Source of the DNA: Fimicolochytrium jonesii
Lineage: Eukaryota
Direction of reading: 5' to 3'
Length of the DNA stretch: 64,000 bases
NCBI RefSeq assembly: GCF_025526975.1
Contig: NW_026515688.1
Location: 310,001 to 374,000 of the forward strand
Part shown: piece by piece, positions 38,535 through 50,846 of the stretch
How the letters are laid out: each line of letters opens with the position of its first letter
Numbering within the stretch: the stretch's first letter is position 1
The notes under the pieces: model-generated
What the model saw: only the letters and a program-made list of their open reading frames with translations
The model's database searches: none
What the model was told of the DNA's origin: nothing
Made by a program: the position numbers and the translations under genes

Positions 38535-40103
38535 CTATGCGCCGGTCTGCTGCTGCCGCAACAGCGAGTGTTTTAACGCCTCTATCCGCTGCGCAATTGA
38601 GTCCAAATTTGCTTTCTGCGATATAAGATTCATGTCAGAACGGACTGTCGTTCGTTCATGGCGCGTGAATGCGGCTTACCTCCTGAGCAGTAGGCTGTGC
38701 GCCCTCCGATTCAGCACGACTAACGGTGCCAGGACTTGACACAGTGCTGTGGACTGGAGCAGCAGCAGAACTTATAGAGACGGGGGTTCTGCCAGGGAAC
38801 GTAACTGGATTCGATGGTCGACTTGGCGCCGGTGTCCGATCGTTTGTGAATGTTTGGAAAGAAGGTACGACGGATGTGTGCAGAGCGCCTGCTGATGTGC
38901 GCGTAATGACGGTTTCTGGTGGTGGGTTGCGGAGGACATCATCTTTCTGTCATTGCGATCGGGGTAAAGCTTTTCAGCGCTATGCAATTGAGGCAGGCGG
39001 ATCAGATGAAGTGCTACCCACCGACTCTGAATTTGGCTGATTGAAGTGGAAGGCAGACCAAGCGGGGAAGTTCGTCTCAAGGTCTATGATCTTGTCCTCC
39101 AGAGCTTTTATCCTTGTAAAGGGATCCAGTGGTGTTGAAGATACTAGACCGTCGCCATGGTTGCATTGTCAGTAGTGAGTTTGCAAAGACACAAACTCAC
39201 ACACTTCCCGCTGCTTACAAAATGTGACGTTCAAATGCTCCTGCACATTTCGGATTCTCTCCTTCAGCCCCTGCAATGGTACTGAGGATTGGCTTTCGGT
39301 TGTTCCTCCGCCCACAGGATGATTTCGATGCGTAGACCTCTCAAGTGGACCAGATTGATTGTGAACCACATCTAACTTCATTTGAACAGTTCGATTGAGT
39401 TGAGCGGCGTCCGTTCGTGCGCTTGAGTTTGCTAACGGGATCGACTGTCAGGTGTTCGTGACATCGACGTAAATGCTGATGCTAAAGAACAGTACCATCT
39501 TCCGGATTCTCGCGCTGTAGAAACTCTCGTTGATTGCTGGCATCTATTTGCGCTCGCTTGTTGTTGATGAAGGTTTCGATCTTACGGTTCATCTGGTTCG
39601 ATCAAGCGTGACGGAAGACGAAGTCAGCTTTATATCCTCTCCAGCTTCGATGTAATCATGTAAGACAGTACCTCCGCTTTGTCATCCTTGATGAGTATGG
39701 AGAGAGGATCTACCCTACGAAACTTTTCCGGCTCAGGCCCCTCCGGATGACCTGCCTCCGCTAACTTCCTTTTCAGGCTGGAAGGCGTGAGAAACCGCGT
39801 TGGGGACGGCGGTGAAACGTCCTTCCCCAGAGTGGACAGGTTCTGAAAGAAAGGTTTCAAATTGTCGCTGTCTAGGACACCCTGCAAGAAGGACGTCATT
39901 GCAGACTCAGTCGCCGCACTTGTTGTTGATGGCCCTTTCGTGCCGTCGCGGAGGGTGATTGACAACCCTGCCTTTCCATAAAAGTCAGTAGTGCTCTGAC
40001 ACTCACGCGAGAAAGTCGGGCGGTACGTACCTATAGAGCCTAGAAATGTCCCGATTAACCCCACCAAGGCGGTGGTCGCTGCTTCTCGCCCTGAGTCGTC
40101 CAT
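38535..40103 (-). CDS. MBIP: MBIP-like protein (MAP3K12-binding inhibitory protein 1 / ATAC subunit homologue)
   Basis: The spliced product contains LIKDDKAE-MNRKIETFINNKRAQIDASNQREF, SARTDA, GLKERIRNVQEHL and DPFTRIKALEDKIIDLE. These parallel the animal MBIP blocks as I recall them (KAEIDRRISAFIERKQAEINENNVREF, SCARTDA, VEERLQNIEAHL, DIYQRIKKLEDKILELE). Confidence 0.75.
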
Positions 40104-40783
40104 AGCCGTTGACTGTGCTGGTGTGGGATATGTGAAAGAAGGTGGAGGAAAGGAGGAAGGTCGAGCCCTTGTGAACCGTTGACGAGCCGGGTCGAGAGTC
40201 CAGGAACCCAAAACGGAAAGTGAAATGGTTGGCGCCTAGTCTCGCTTCTGAAGAAGGCTGCTGGAGGTAACGGAAGCCTTGTACTGTATGTGTCTATTGT
40301 GCAAATGCCGGAGGTTAACGTCGGCTATCTCAGGGACATCTCTGCGAGAGCGAATGGGGTTCTCTCGGACACCACGTCGACGCGATGGAAAAGTGGAATC
40401 GCTGATGCACACAACACAAACGCATAGGCATCTTCCGCCAGCAAGTTCAATCACACACTTGGACCTAGCCTCTGACACCTACCTTCATGGGAGGCGGTAA
40501 CGGCTTGACCATGTTGTCTCTCGTGTTCACCTACCAAGATGACAGGATGGCAGCCGTCTCTCGGGGACAAACGCCGCTCATAGTCGGCCAAACGTTGGGC
40601 TTGTGCAGAGGGTCACAAAGGCATATGAGAAGGACGGGAACTCAGTCATGCGCGAACTGATCGTAGAAGAGGAAGGTGCTGAATTCGAAGTGACAAATTG
40701 AATTCAACAAGAGTGCAGCCGCACGGATGCCGTAGAACCAGTTGGAGAGCTAAGATACAGACTCCACATGTACTCGTTTTTGC

Positions 40784-41327
40784 TCATTTGGCGGTGTGCG
40801 CCAACAACTCCGACATGTTCTCCTCCGCGATTCTTCTCAACTCTATGTCGTTGACGTCCAGGTCCTGATCATACGTCGCTTTCATCTGCGTGCGGTGAGT
40901 CAATGTTCGGTGTCGATTCGCTGCATCAATGTTCTTCCAACGCTCATGTTACAAATCTTGAGCGGAAACTTACAAGGTCTAAGAAATCTTTGGTGTTGCC
41001 AATCAACTCCCCACTCTCCCTCCATATCAATTGCGGTAAGTTCTTTGGAGTCTTCAGCGTCCTATCCCGCGCTAATCGATGAGTCCAATGATTCTGCGTG
41101 ACCGTAGCTTCTACAAATGCGTCCCATTCTCGCGGATGCTTCAAGATGAAGTCGGCATGGAAATCGGGAAGGTTGGTGAGGAGACGGTGCGCGAGCACTT
41201 CCGCCTACAGAATTCGGATGAGAATATATCCATTGTAAATCACATCTCCAAAGGTATCACAGACCTTGGTACAAACCTTGGCGAATTCAATGTCATCTGC
41301 TTTCCCGGCTATCACGAAATGTGCCAT
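40784..41327 (-). CDS. Stand-alone homologue of the N-terminal domain of MDH1B (no dehydrogenase domain)
   Basis: Three exons give MAHFVIAGKADDIEFAK-AEVLAHRLLTNLPDFHADFILKHPREWDAFV...LIWRESGELIGNTKDFLDL-MKATY...IAEENMSELLAHTAK*. This resembles the MDH1B N-terminus as I recall it (MAKFVIAGRADCPYYAKAEL...NLPDF...PIIWRE...IAQENL). Confidence 0.7.
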
Positions 41328-41673
41328 GTTTCCTCTGTCGATATCGATGAAGATTGATAGTTGTGATTGCTGCATGGGCAGAACCGCACCATGGTTGTCG
41401 TAGAAGGTCATTCCCGGTCAACGTTAACCATGTTCGGTTGAAGGTTTGGCACTTGGAATTTGGAAAAGCCACGTTTCTCCATGGATGGTGACGCGAAGAG
41501 GACGACGCGTGATGAAGTTTATTGATAAGTCCGAAAACGTGCACCAAAACGTGCAGACTGTGCGGTGGTGGTGTAGCCGGAACTTTGTGACGGCTCGCTA
41601 CATAAAAGAGCGACGTTCGGTGGGGTCTTCGCCATTTCCACGACCCAGGAAGCAAGGCAGCCGTACTCCCGCG

Positions 41674-43403
41674 ATGCACATTCTATCGTTCGCCCTGGTA
41701 GCTGTGGTCGCTCGCTGTGCGCACGCGGCGGTGATCCCACAGCAGCACCCGTTGTTCACTGAAGGGCGCCCATGGAAAACAGTGGACGGGGAACCGACCA
41801 AGCTTTTCGGTCACCGCGGCGAAAGAGCGTTTGCCCTGCCCGAGCACAGTTTACCCTCTTACCACATGGCCGTCTGGGAACACGCCGACTTCATAGAGCC
41901 GGATCTGGTTAGTTTTCCTTGGCTGCTATCCTATACTTGAGACCACATTGCCTGACACTTTCCCGTGCAGGTTCTTACTAAGGACAACGTGCTCGTAATT
42001 TACCACGATGTAAGTATTGCGAATTTCAGCAGCAACCCTTCGAACTTCATTCTAAAATCTTTTCCAGCTGTCGATAAAATCCAGCACGGACGTCGCCGAT
42101 CACCCCGAGTTCCAGCACCTGAAAAGGAATGCGACAATTTGGGACCCCTGGGGCAACGCTGGAAACGTGACACTAGTCGACGATTGGTTCATCAATGATT
42201 TTACTCTTGGAGAATTGAAAACCCTCAAACTCCGGGCGGTCGGCGGAGGCGCCGGTGAGCTCAATCGAAGCAACTCCCCACATCATGGCAACCTCACTGA
42301 CTCCAGGTTCATTGCAACTCAGATGGCAAGAACATGCGTACCCCACGCTACTTCGACGACATTTTCCGGATTCCCACTTTCCAAGAGTACTTGGATCTTG
42401 TCCACGATGACTCCATCAAAGCCGACCGAGTGATCGGCATCGTCCCGGAGCTCAAGCATCCAAGTTGGCACAACGAGCGAGTCGGGAAGCCGCACTTCAT
42501 GGAAGACCTTGTGCTACAGACCTTAGAGGCAAATGGGTACCCCCTCCGGAAAAAGGACAAAGCTGTACTTGATGCTAAGTGCACCAAGCCGCGCGGGCCT
42601 GTTGTGATTCAATCGTTTGAGCCGGACGCGGCGAAGTATATTCGAAGCAAGTCGGATATCGACATCTTGCAGTTGATTTACGGCGTAGGTTTGCGGTGGA
42701 AGGTGTACCTTCGAAATGCCCGAATACTGACTTCCTCTTATGGAACGTTGACATCCTGACGCCAAAAGGGCTTAACGAGGTGGCAATCTATGCTACAGCA
42801 TTAGGGCCATGGAAGGTTGGTAGCGGATTCCCTCGTCCTCGCTAAATGTATGCTCATTAACGTGCTGTGTTTCTCGCAGGGGTTCTACCTCGAAGGCATA
42901 GTGGCATCCCTTGCTAGCGATAACGCGACCGCCATTCTTCCCTTACTCCAGAAGACGATTGACGCAAACGGCGGACTCATCCCAGCTAAACACCTCAGCA
43001 AGGAGATCAAGAAGCGAGGTTTGAAACAGATGCCGTACACATGTGAGTTGATGAGCCCTCGTCGCTCTCCAATTGACTGCTTGTGCACACACACTTACAT
43101 CTTCCAACAGTTTATTCCAGCTACGATGTCCCCGCGAAGAAGGATCACAACGCGGGAGACACAGCTCTCCACGAACGCACCCTCGAGCTTTTCTACTTCA
43201 TGGCGCAGGGCATGGACGCCCTCTTCGTTGAGAATGTTGCGGAAGCTGTTCTGATCAGGCAAAGATTTGTCGATAGATATGGCTTGTCTGGACGGACTTT
43301 GGGAGCTAGAGCGGACGGAAAGGATGAGGCTGATAAGGAGAGCGAGCTCGAGGCTTTGCGGACGTGGTTGGTCGGCGTCGATAGACTAGGTCGTAGAAAC
43401 TAG
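41674..43403 (+). CDS. Secreted glycerophosphodiester phosphodiesterase (GlpQ-like)
   Basis: Signal peptide followed by FGHRG...PEHSLPSY...ADFIEPDLVLTKD...HD, DFTLGELKTL, IPTFQEYL, PELKHPS and VIQSFE. Confidence 0.93.
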
Positions 43404-43767
43404 AACTTGTATTTAGAGACGGTGACTTTTTGCGACATGTTTATAATAGAGACCTTCGCAATCACAGATGGTATATGTACAAATGTAGAGGTCCGATATT
43501 CCTTGACGGATTGACAGGTGCACGCACTGTCGAATTTGACGGAGTTCGAGACTCATGTCACGAGCAATGTCTGGGTCCTCGATGAATTGAGGCCTCCAAG
43601 AAGTCTATTATATCTGACGCGAAGCTTTTCTACTGTATTCTGAGCTACCGCTCTACACTGTTCAAATGTGCACGCCGTTGTCCATACGCCAGCCCACGCA
43701 CCTACGCTAACAACCTGCGGAAGCCCTTCCATGACGGCATGTCTCTTTACACCAGTTCCCGCTACAT

Positions 43768-45565
43768 CTACGACGAGAAACCATCACGGAACCCCATGAG
43801 CACGTTGACGACATTCTCACCAATGGCGGCGACGGCATATCCGCCCTCCATGACAAAGAGGGCGGGACACGACAAAGACGCAATGACTTGTCCGATCCGC
43901 GTATAATTTTCCGTTGTGAGGAAAAGTCCTCCGACGGGGTCATCCTGTACATGAGAAAGTTCGAAAAGTATCAGACGTTGACCCCGATCCTCGCGTGGCC
44001 AAGAATTCCTTTGCACTCAGACCCAGCCTATCGACGGGGACTCTCCATGGCAAATGCGAACCTTGAAGGTGTCGACGCCCAAGGAGACAACTATGTAGTC
44101 TGGGCTATACGGCCTAATCCGCTTCTCAAGCACGTCCGTCAAAGCAGCGACGTACTCCTGCGATACGTATGAAAAGTGTCAGGAAGCTTGATGGAGGTGC
44201 AGTATCCTAGTGGCATGGCCAAATACCTCGTCCTGGGTCCCCAAAGGTAACGGAATGTTGACGTTGTACCCGGTCCCTTCTCCTTCTCCCGTTTCCCTCT
44301 CGCTGCCCGTATAGTACGGGTACTCCAATGCAGCGTGCAAGGACACATATAACGGGTTGGATTGCTATAGGAGCTGTTAGTGACATGCTCCTCACAACAC
44401 GTCATACGGAACCCTTACGTGATAGAATATCGCTTGGCTGCCATTCCCGTGGTGATAGTCTGGTTGCGAAGTAGCTCAATCAGGTGTCCGACAAGCCTCG
44501 AACGCTTCAGAAGCGCTACCCACCGATATCCAGAATGGCAACCTTGCCTACTTTCAGCACGTCTATGAGGTGTCGCGTTGCAACGGCGGCGTTGTTGAAG
44601 AAGCAGTACCCTCCTGTGTGCCGCGATCAGAATTCCATAAGATCGTAGCTCAGGGATCAAGCTTTTGCAGGCGCGGGCCGTTTGAATCGGGAGCCCTAGC
44701 AGCTCCACGCCGTTTCGTTACGTACCACACAAATCTTCATGCGCGTGGTGACCCGGCGGGCGGCATAGAGCAAAAACCCCATTTGCCATCTCGTTGACGA
44801 GTAGCTCCGCCCCGGTCAATGCGACCTGGGCTGCATCGTACGCCGCTTCGTAGGTGCCTGGCGCGAACCGTCGAGAGATGAGCGAACGGGTCGACGAACA
44901 CATTGCGTGGCACCATTACCATCGGCGATCACTGCGGTCCCGTCGTAGCAGCTAAGAGATTAATTTGGCCAGCTTGATGAGTAGTCCACTCCGGCGAAAG
45001 TTGCGTGCCAGTCTATCTCTCTTAACTAGTATCCCGGCCGGCCGATTGGACCTCCTTCCGGAGTATACGCAAATTTCGATTTCCCAGCTTCCGAGGATCG
45101 CGCACTGTTGTGTGTGAGGTGTGGAAATCTCAGAAGACATCCCCTTTGCGGCAATCTTCCTCGCCCCTGCCATACTTAGGCATTTTGAACTCGCGGACTG
45201 CAAACACATCAGGGAACACGCCGTTTGGGTTGCCGCCGATCTCTGTCCACGCAGCGTAGGCAGTCTTCATGTAGTCGACATAGTCGAGTGTATGGACTTT
45301 CAGAACTGGTGCAAGGCCGAAATCCCGCGGCGATATAACGGGCCCAAGGTTCCGGGTACGGATACTCTCGATGATGTGCTCCACTCGGGCGGGTGTTTCC
45401 TGGAAAGGTCGGAAGCGTCCGAGTTCGAATTCTTCGACTGGACTATTGGAAGGGGGCGGTGTCACCAGATACGTCGGCTACACTAAGCAGCCCCCCCAAC
45501 CCCGATTGGCGCACTATTTACTCGTGTAGTTTGTGCTTCTCAGAGTAGACGGTTATTAAGCACAT
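43768..45565 (-). CDS. Acetylpolyamine amidohydrolase-like Zn-dependent deacetylase (HDAC fold)
   Basis: Motifs ETPARVEHI, KVHTLDYV, ALCRPPGHHA, GGYCFFNNAAVA, ILDIDYHHGNG, VSLGVDTF..DPVG and VMEGGY. The start codon is uncertain because the frame stays open further upstream. Confidence 0.88.
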
Positions 45566-46432
45566 CTTCGAGTTCTTCTGGGGGATTATCTGGGGGCTTA
45601 TGTGGTTTAGCACACGCGAAGACCCTGACAAAACCAAAACAAGAGGCCTGCTCCCGTATACAATGTCACACATACCTGTTCGGGTTACGGCTGCTTCGTA
45701 GAATAACAAAGGAGGTTCCTGGGGCTCCGGTAAGAGCAGAAGAGCTTCGAAGGAGGGGAAGGAGGGACTGGAGGGAAACTGGAATGCTTTCAGAGTTCTC
45801 AGTCTGGTTCTCAGTGGACATGCGGTCGTTGGGCTCGTTGGGCGCGTCCATCTTCTCCATCTTTGCTCATCGTGGCAGCCTTGGAGGAGCTTGGAGGCCT
45901 TGGCCAGCATTTTCTCTTCAGGTTCAACCCTTCGAAAGCTCTCCGAAACAAACAGATAACGTCCTTGGCCTTCCAATAGGTGTCTGACAGCGTTACTTTT
46001 TCCGTCCGTTGCACTACGCGACAGGGCCGATGAAGGAACACTTTGTTTTCAATAGCGCAGAATGGACGATCCGGTTGTTGTGTGGCCATGGTTGCTGGTT
46101 CCTTCTTCGGGGTGCTCCGAGTGTCCCAGCGAAAATATAGACGGCGATCCTGTCGCCCCGTGTACGGAACAAGTTTTGCCGTATGGAACATATCGTCGCT
46201 AGTTGTCGTGCAGCTAGGCGACAATCATATCTCTCCGGGCCCTTTGAATCTGGAGCCATGGGCAAGCCCGCTGATAACGTAGATCAAGAACGACTTGTAA
46301 CATTTGCTTCAGCACCATATATCACACATACAACGCATAAACGACTTGCAAAACAAAACAAAACACAGGACAATACATGAAAAGTCTCGACGAATGAGTT
46401 CAGACGAAGGTCAAGGAGCCCAGTTACCAAGT

Positions 46433-49400
46433 TCACTTGGCGAATGCAACCAGGATGTGTGAGAATGCCCAATCCCCTTGGATGATCCCGCTGCTAGTGT
46501 CCATACTGTTCGATTTCGCCGAATTGTCCCTGTTCAGGCTCCAGAACCCAAGGAAAGCGAGCCAGTCGCCTCCGGCGCCAGCCCCAGCACCAATGTCCTT
46601 CCCGCTGCCGCCCGAAGCAAAGTTTATCAGCTCCTGGGCGTTGTTCAGAGTGAAAATCTCGTCGGCGAGATCGTTCACTCCAATCATTGGCGTCAAGCCA
46701 ATCTTGGGGACTGAGCCGGCAGGAAACTCGCTCGTAAGGAGTTTGTAGGTCGCCTGGGCCGCTGAGATTGCGTGTTGGGCCATTACGGTTTTGCAGGCGT
46801 TGTTCTTGCAGTGGGCCGGGTCCCAGTCCATGACCATGAGGTTGACAACTAGAGGTTGATTGAGGTCAAGATTTTGAGAAAACGACTCAAGCTGTAGGCA
46901 GGGAAAATTATGACAAGGCTTACCATCAATTTTCAACCCGGCTTTATGAGCACTGGTCAACACATATTTCCCTTCAGTAGTGAGACCAGTCGGCTCGACA
47001 GGGAGAGTGTAGCTGATAACCAATGTTGGGTTCTTGGCCTTGATCTTCACAAGAGCTTTGTTTCTGGTATCCACGCTGGTCTTGTTCGCCAATGCCTTGC
47101 CCTCGATGTCGAAATCAGCCCAAGTTATTTTCAGAGCGTCGATCACACTCTGATACGTAGTGACGAGGGCGGCTTGACTAGCAGCCTTCAAAGCGAGCTC
47201 CTTGCCAGCAGCGCCTCCAAAGGATACAATGACATCTCCATCATGATCGTTGCGGAGCGTTTGAATGTCTTTCTTCAAGAAGCTGCTACTGACTTTGTAG
47301 TATCCGCCCCAAGACGGGTCACCCTGCTTGTCGGCGATGATAAAGCCCAGAGCAAAGTGACGCAATCCAGAGCTTTTCGCAGCGCCGACGATGTCGAACG
47401 TTGGCCAGGCCGTGACATCAACGTATGGCGCCAATGTGCGAGTAGACCAAGTCAGAGAGTCACCAAGGGTATTCCTTTTGGTCGAAAGGCTTCGTTTGGC
47501 ATGCTCGGCTGTTATGATCAGCGATGGGTCTGGAACCCCCGCGCTGTGGCCCGGTGAACCACGAGCAGGGGGAAGAGGTGCGTTGAGATACGTCCAGCGC
47601 TTAAGCGGCTCAGGAAGCTCTTGGAGGAGGCGAGCTGCATTGTCAGAACCGGTGGAGGCGGCTAGCTTCACGGCATCTTTGGCGCTTTCTGCAGCCCCCT
47701 TCAGAGCATCCTTCGCGTCGGCAGCAGCATCCTTGACGGCGCCGGTCGCAGTCTCGGGAACGTTCTTCACAGCGTCCTTGACGTCAGCTATCACCCCACC
47801 GACTGTACCAACAATCTGGGCCACCGAAGGAAGGTGGATGCCACCGACGCTCCCGTCCTCGTCCACCTCTTCGTCATCCGTCTCCTCCGTCTCCTCATCA
47901 TCTGCTTCCGGTTCATCACGAGTGGCTTTCGTGACCTTCGTGACCTTCTTGGGTTTCTTAGTTTTCTTCGCCTTGGGGGCTTTCGGGGTCTTAGTGGGCG
48001 CATCATCAGCGCTATTCTCAGTGCCGCCTTCGGTTGAGGCTGGCACACTGGTGATGACACCACTTTGGAACCCCTTAAACGTGTTGACAAAGTCCAGATC
48101 AGCCTGCGAGACTTGGCTCGACGCGTAGAGCGCTCCTTTCTTGGAGGTGTCCCTGTTCACGCTCCACATGGCAATGCGTCCTACCCATGGAGTGGAGCTA
48201 GCCCAGGTAGAGAGTTGCGCGGCGTCGGCTAGTCTGAAGACTTCACCCGCTACATCGTTCTGTCCGATCATAGGGGTGATGCCGATCTGTGTGGCTGTGA
48301 AGCCGGCTGCTTGAACTTGCTTGTATGTTGCCTGCGCGGCGCTGATAGCGTATCCGCCCATGCCGGTGGCACCATTGGGCGCTGCACCACCACCATAGTC
48401 CATAGCCATGATATTGACAACTGAATTGGGGTCATTGAACGATCGTAAGCGTTGGGACGCCTGGGGCGCTTTATTCAGCATAATGAAACTTACCATCAAT
48501 CTTGGTCCCCATTTTAGCCGCAGACGCAAAGAGTGCAATCGAATATGCATCAACCCCGTCGGGCATAGCCGGAAGCGTGTAGGATATCTTCACGCCCGGA
48601 TTAGCCTTCTGCAATCCAGCGATGGCTTGGTTACGCCGATCATTCGCAGCGGTGTTGGGCAGTGTTGCGCCTTCAATGTCAAAGTCCAGCCAGGACACTC
48701 CGTAAGTGTCAATGACGCTTTGGTACTTGGCTTGGAGAGCTTTGGGATCAGTGACCTGCAGCGCCAGCTCCGTTCCTGTAAAGTACAGTGTTGAAATGTC
48801 AGTTACTCAGTTCACGAACAGCATCCGAAGCGAATACTAGTATAGCAAAACTGCGGAGGTGATACGAACCAGTAGCGCCACCCAACGAGATGATGACATC
48901 GCCACCGAGTGCTCGAAGCTTGTCAATGATATCCTTGTAAAATCCTGTGGCGATCTTAGTGACTCCTCCCCAAGCCGGATCTCCAGCGGGATCAGCGAGA
49001 ATAAACGCCAAAGTGTAAAATTTGTGGCCCGTCGTCTGGGCAACGGTCGACACATCCAGGGTCGGCCAGAGAAGCACATCGACGTATGGTGCGAAGTATC
49101 TTCCTGTCGATCCGGTGGCTGCTTCCGGGACCGGAACGGGGGCTTCCGCAGCTGGCTGCTGCTCGCCATACACTTCCTTCTGCGTAGAAGTCTTGACGGT
49201 CGTGACGCCGTTGAGGACGGCGCTGAACTCGTAGTCCTTTTGAACGATCTGTGTAGATGCGTACAGCGGTCCGGTCTTGGCTTTATCGCGATTGACAGAC
49301 CATGCGCCAAGCGATGCAATCCAGTCGGTGCTCTTGGCCCAGGTGACCAGTTCCACGGCATCTGCCACGCGGAAAATTTCGCCGGGGACGTCGTTTTGAC

Positions 49401-50846
49401 CGAGCATGGGCGTCACACCGATTTTGGTCGTGAGAAGGCCGGCCAAATGGGCTTGAGTGAGAGTGGCCTTGGCAGCGCTGATCGCGTAGCCGCCCATACC
49501 GGTTGCGCCGTTGGGCGCGGCGCCGGCGCCGTAATCCATGGCCATGATGTTGATGACTGTAGACGGATTGTCAAGCAATCAGAATGTGCTTCAGTGGCAG
49601 GATACACTTGCATTGGCCTTACCATCAACAGCCAATCCAGCCTTTGCAGCCGATTGCAACAAGGCAACACCCTCTGCCGTCAGTCCGTTCGGTAAGGCAG
49701 GCAATGTATAACCGATCTTCAACTTCGGGTTGTTTTTCTTCAGCGTCGCAAGGACCCTGTTTCGACGGTCGACGGCGGCCTTGTCCACAAGACCGGCTCC
49801 CTCGATGTCGAAATCCGCCCAAGTGAGCTGGTAGGCAGTAACAATCGATTGATAAGTGGCAAGAAGGGCTTTCTCATCGGTGATGACTTGAGCCAACTCT
49901 TGGCCTGGAAGTGGAAGCCAACTCATTTTGTGAGTGTCTGCAACCCACAAAAGAGTCATACGCATCGAAAAGCGATATCAGCAGATGAATCTTACCATTG
50001 GCGCCGCCGAAAGAAATAATTACATCTCCACCCGCAGCCCTCAATTTTTGTACAATGTCCTTGTAAAATCCGCTGGATACAGGCGTAATTCCACCCCAAG
50101 CTGGCGTATGGGCAGCATCAGCGGCCGCTGTTACAAACGCGAGAGTGAAATACTTGACACCAATTTGAGTGGCGACAGCACTGACGTCCAAAGTGGGCCA
50201 CAGCATTACATCAACGTAAGGAGCGTAAACCTTGGATGGCCATGTCCCAGTGGAGGCACTGGCGCTAGTCGATGGAGGCGTCGTACCGGCGACTACACCG
50301 CCCGAGACCGCTGCTCCAGCGCCTACGGAAACGGCTATAAACAGATGACGATAGCATGAATTTCCAATGTTCGTTGAAAAGCAGTAGGCGCAAGTATGCC
50401 CACCTGTAGGTTTGGCGGCGGCTGCAGGGGCAGTTCCACCGCTGACAGGCCCAACGAGCTTCCAGATAGCTGCACAGCATCCAGGGTACCAATCCGTCTG
50501 GCTGACATGGGTCGTGAGGACTTGGTAACGGTTGGCTTGATAATCGACAATCTGGCCCTTGGTATACTGCGCTCCGATCGCCCAATTGTAATCTGTACAT
50601 ATTGCTAAGTGAGTAAGGAGTGCTCTGATCCAAATCCAAGCATGCCTGCTAATCACACGCCGCACTAGATGACTTACCACCGTTGGCTGCCTTACTGGGA
50701 GCAGCAGGTGCAGCAATAACAAGGCCAACGCAGAGAGAGAGAAATGTATAAAGGCAGATACCTACGCCCAGGCCCATAAGGAAACAGGAACCGATGCTCC
50801 GTGACTCCAAGAAGCCCTTCTTGGGAGTAACCTTTTTACGAGGCAT
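46433..50846 (-). CDS. Multidomain chitinase: N-terminal anchor, CBM5/12, and three tandem bacterial-type GH18 domains
   Basis: CBM motif WAIGAQYTKGQIVDYQANRYQVLTTHVSQTDWYP. Three repeats each carry APYVDV..WPT, TLAF/ALGF, GGDVIISxGG, DFDIEG, YTLP, NIMAMDY/NLMVMDW, TPMxGxND and WSxNRD. Confidence 0.92.

Noticed and set aside
47219..47227. GTATCCTTT on the minus strand, matching a U12 minor-intron donor
   Set aside because: It lies within the continuous conserved coding motif VIVSFGG of GH18 repeat 3, and no intron is needed.
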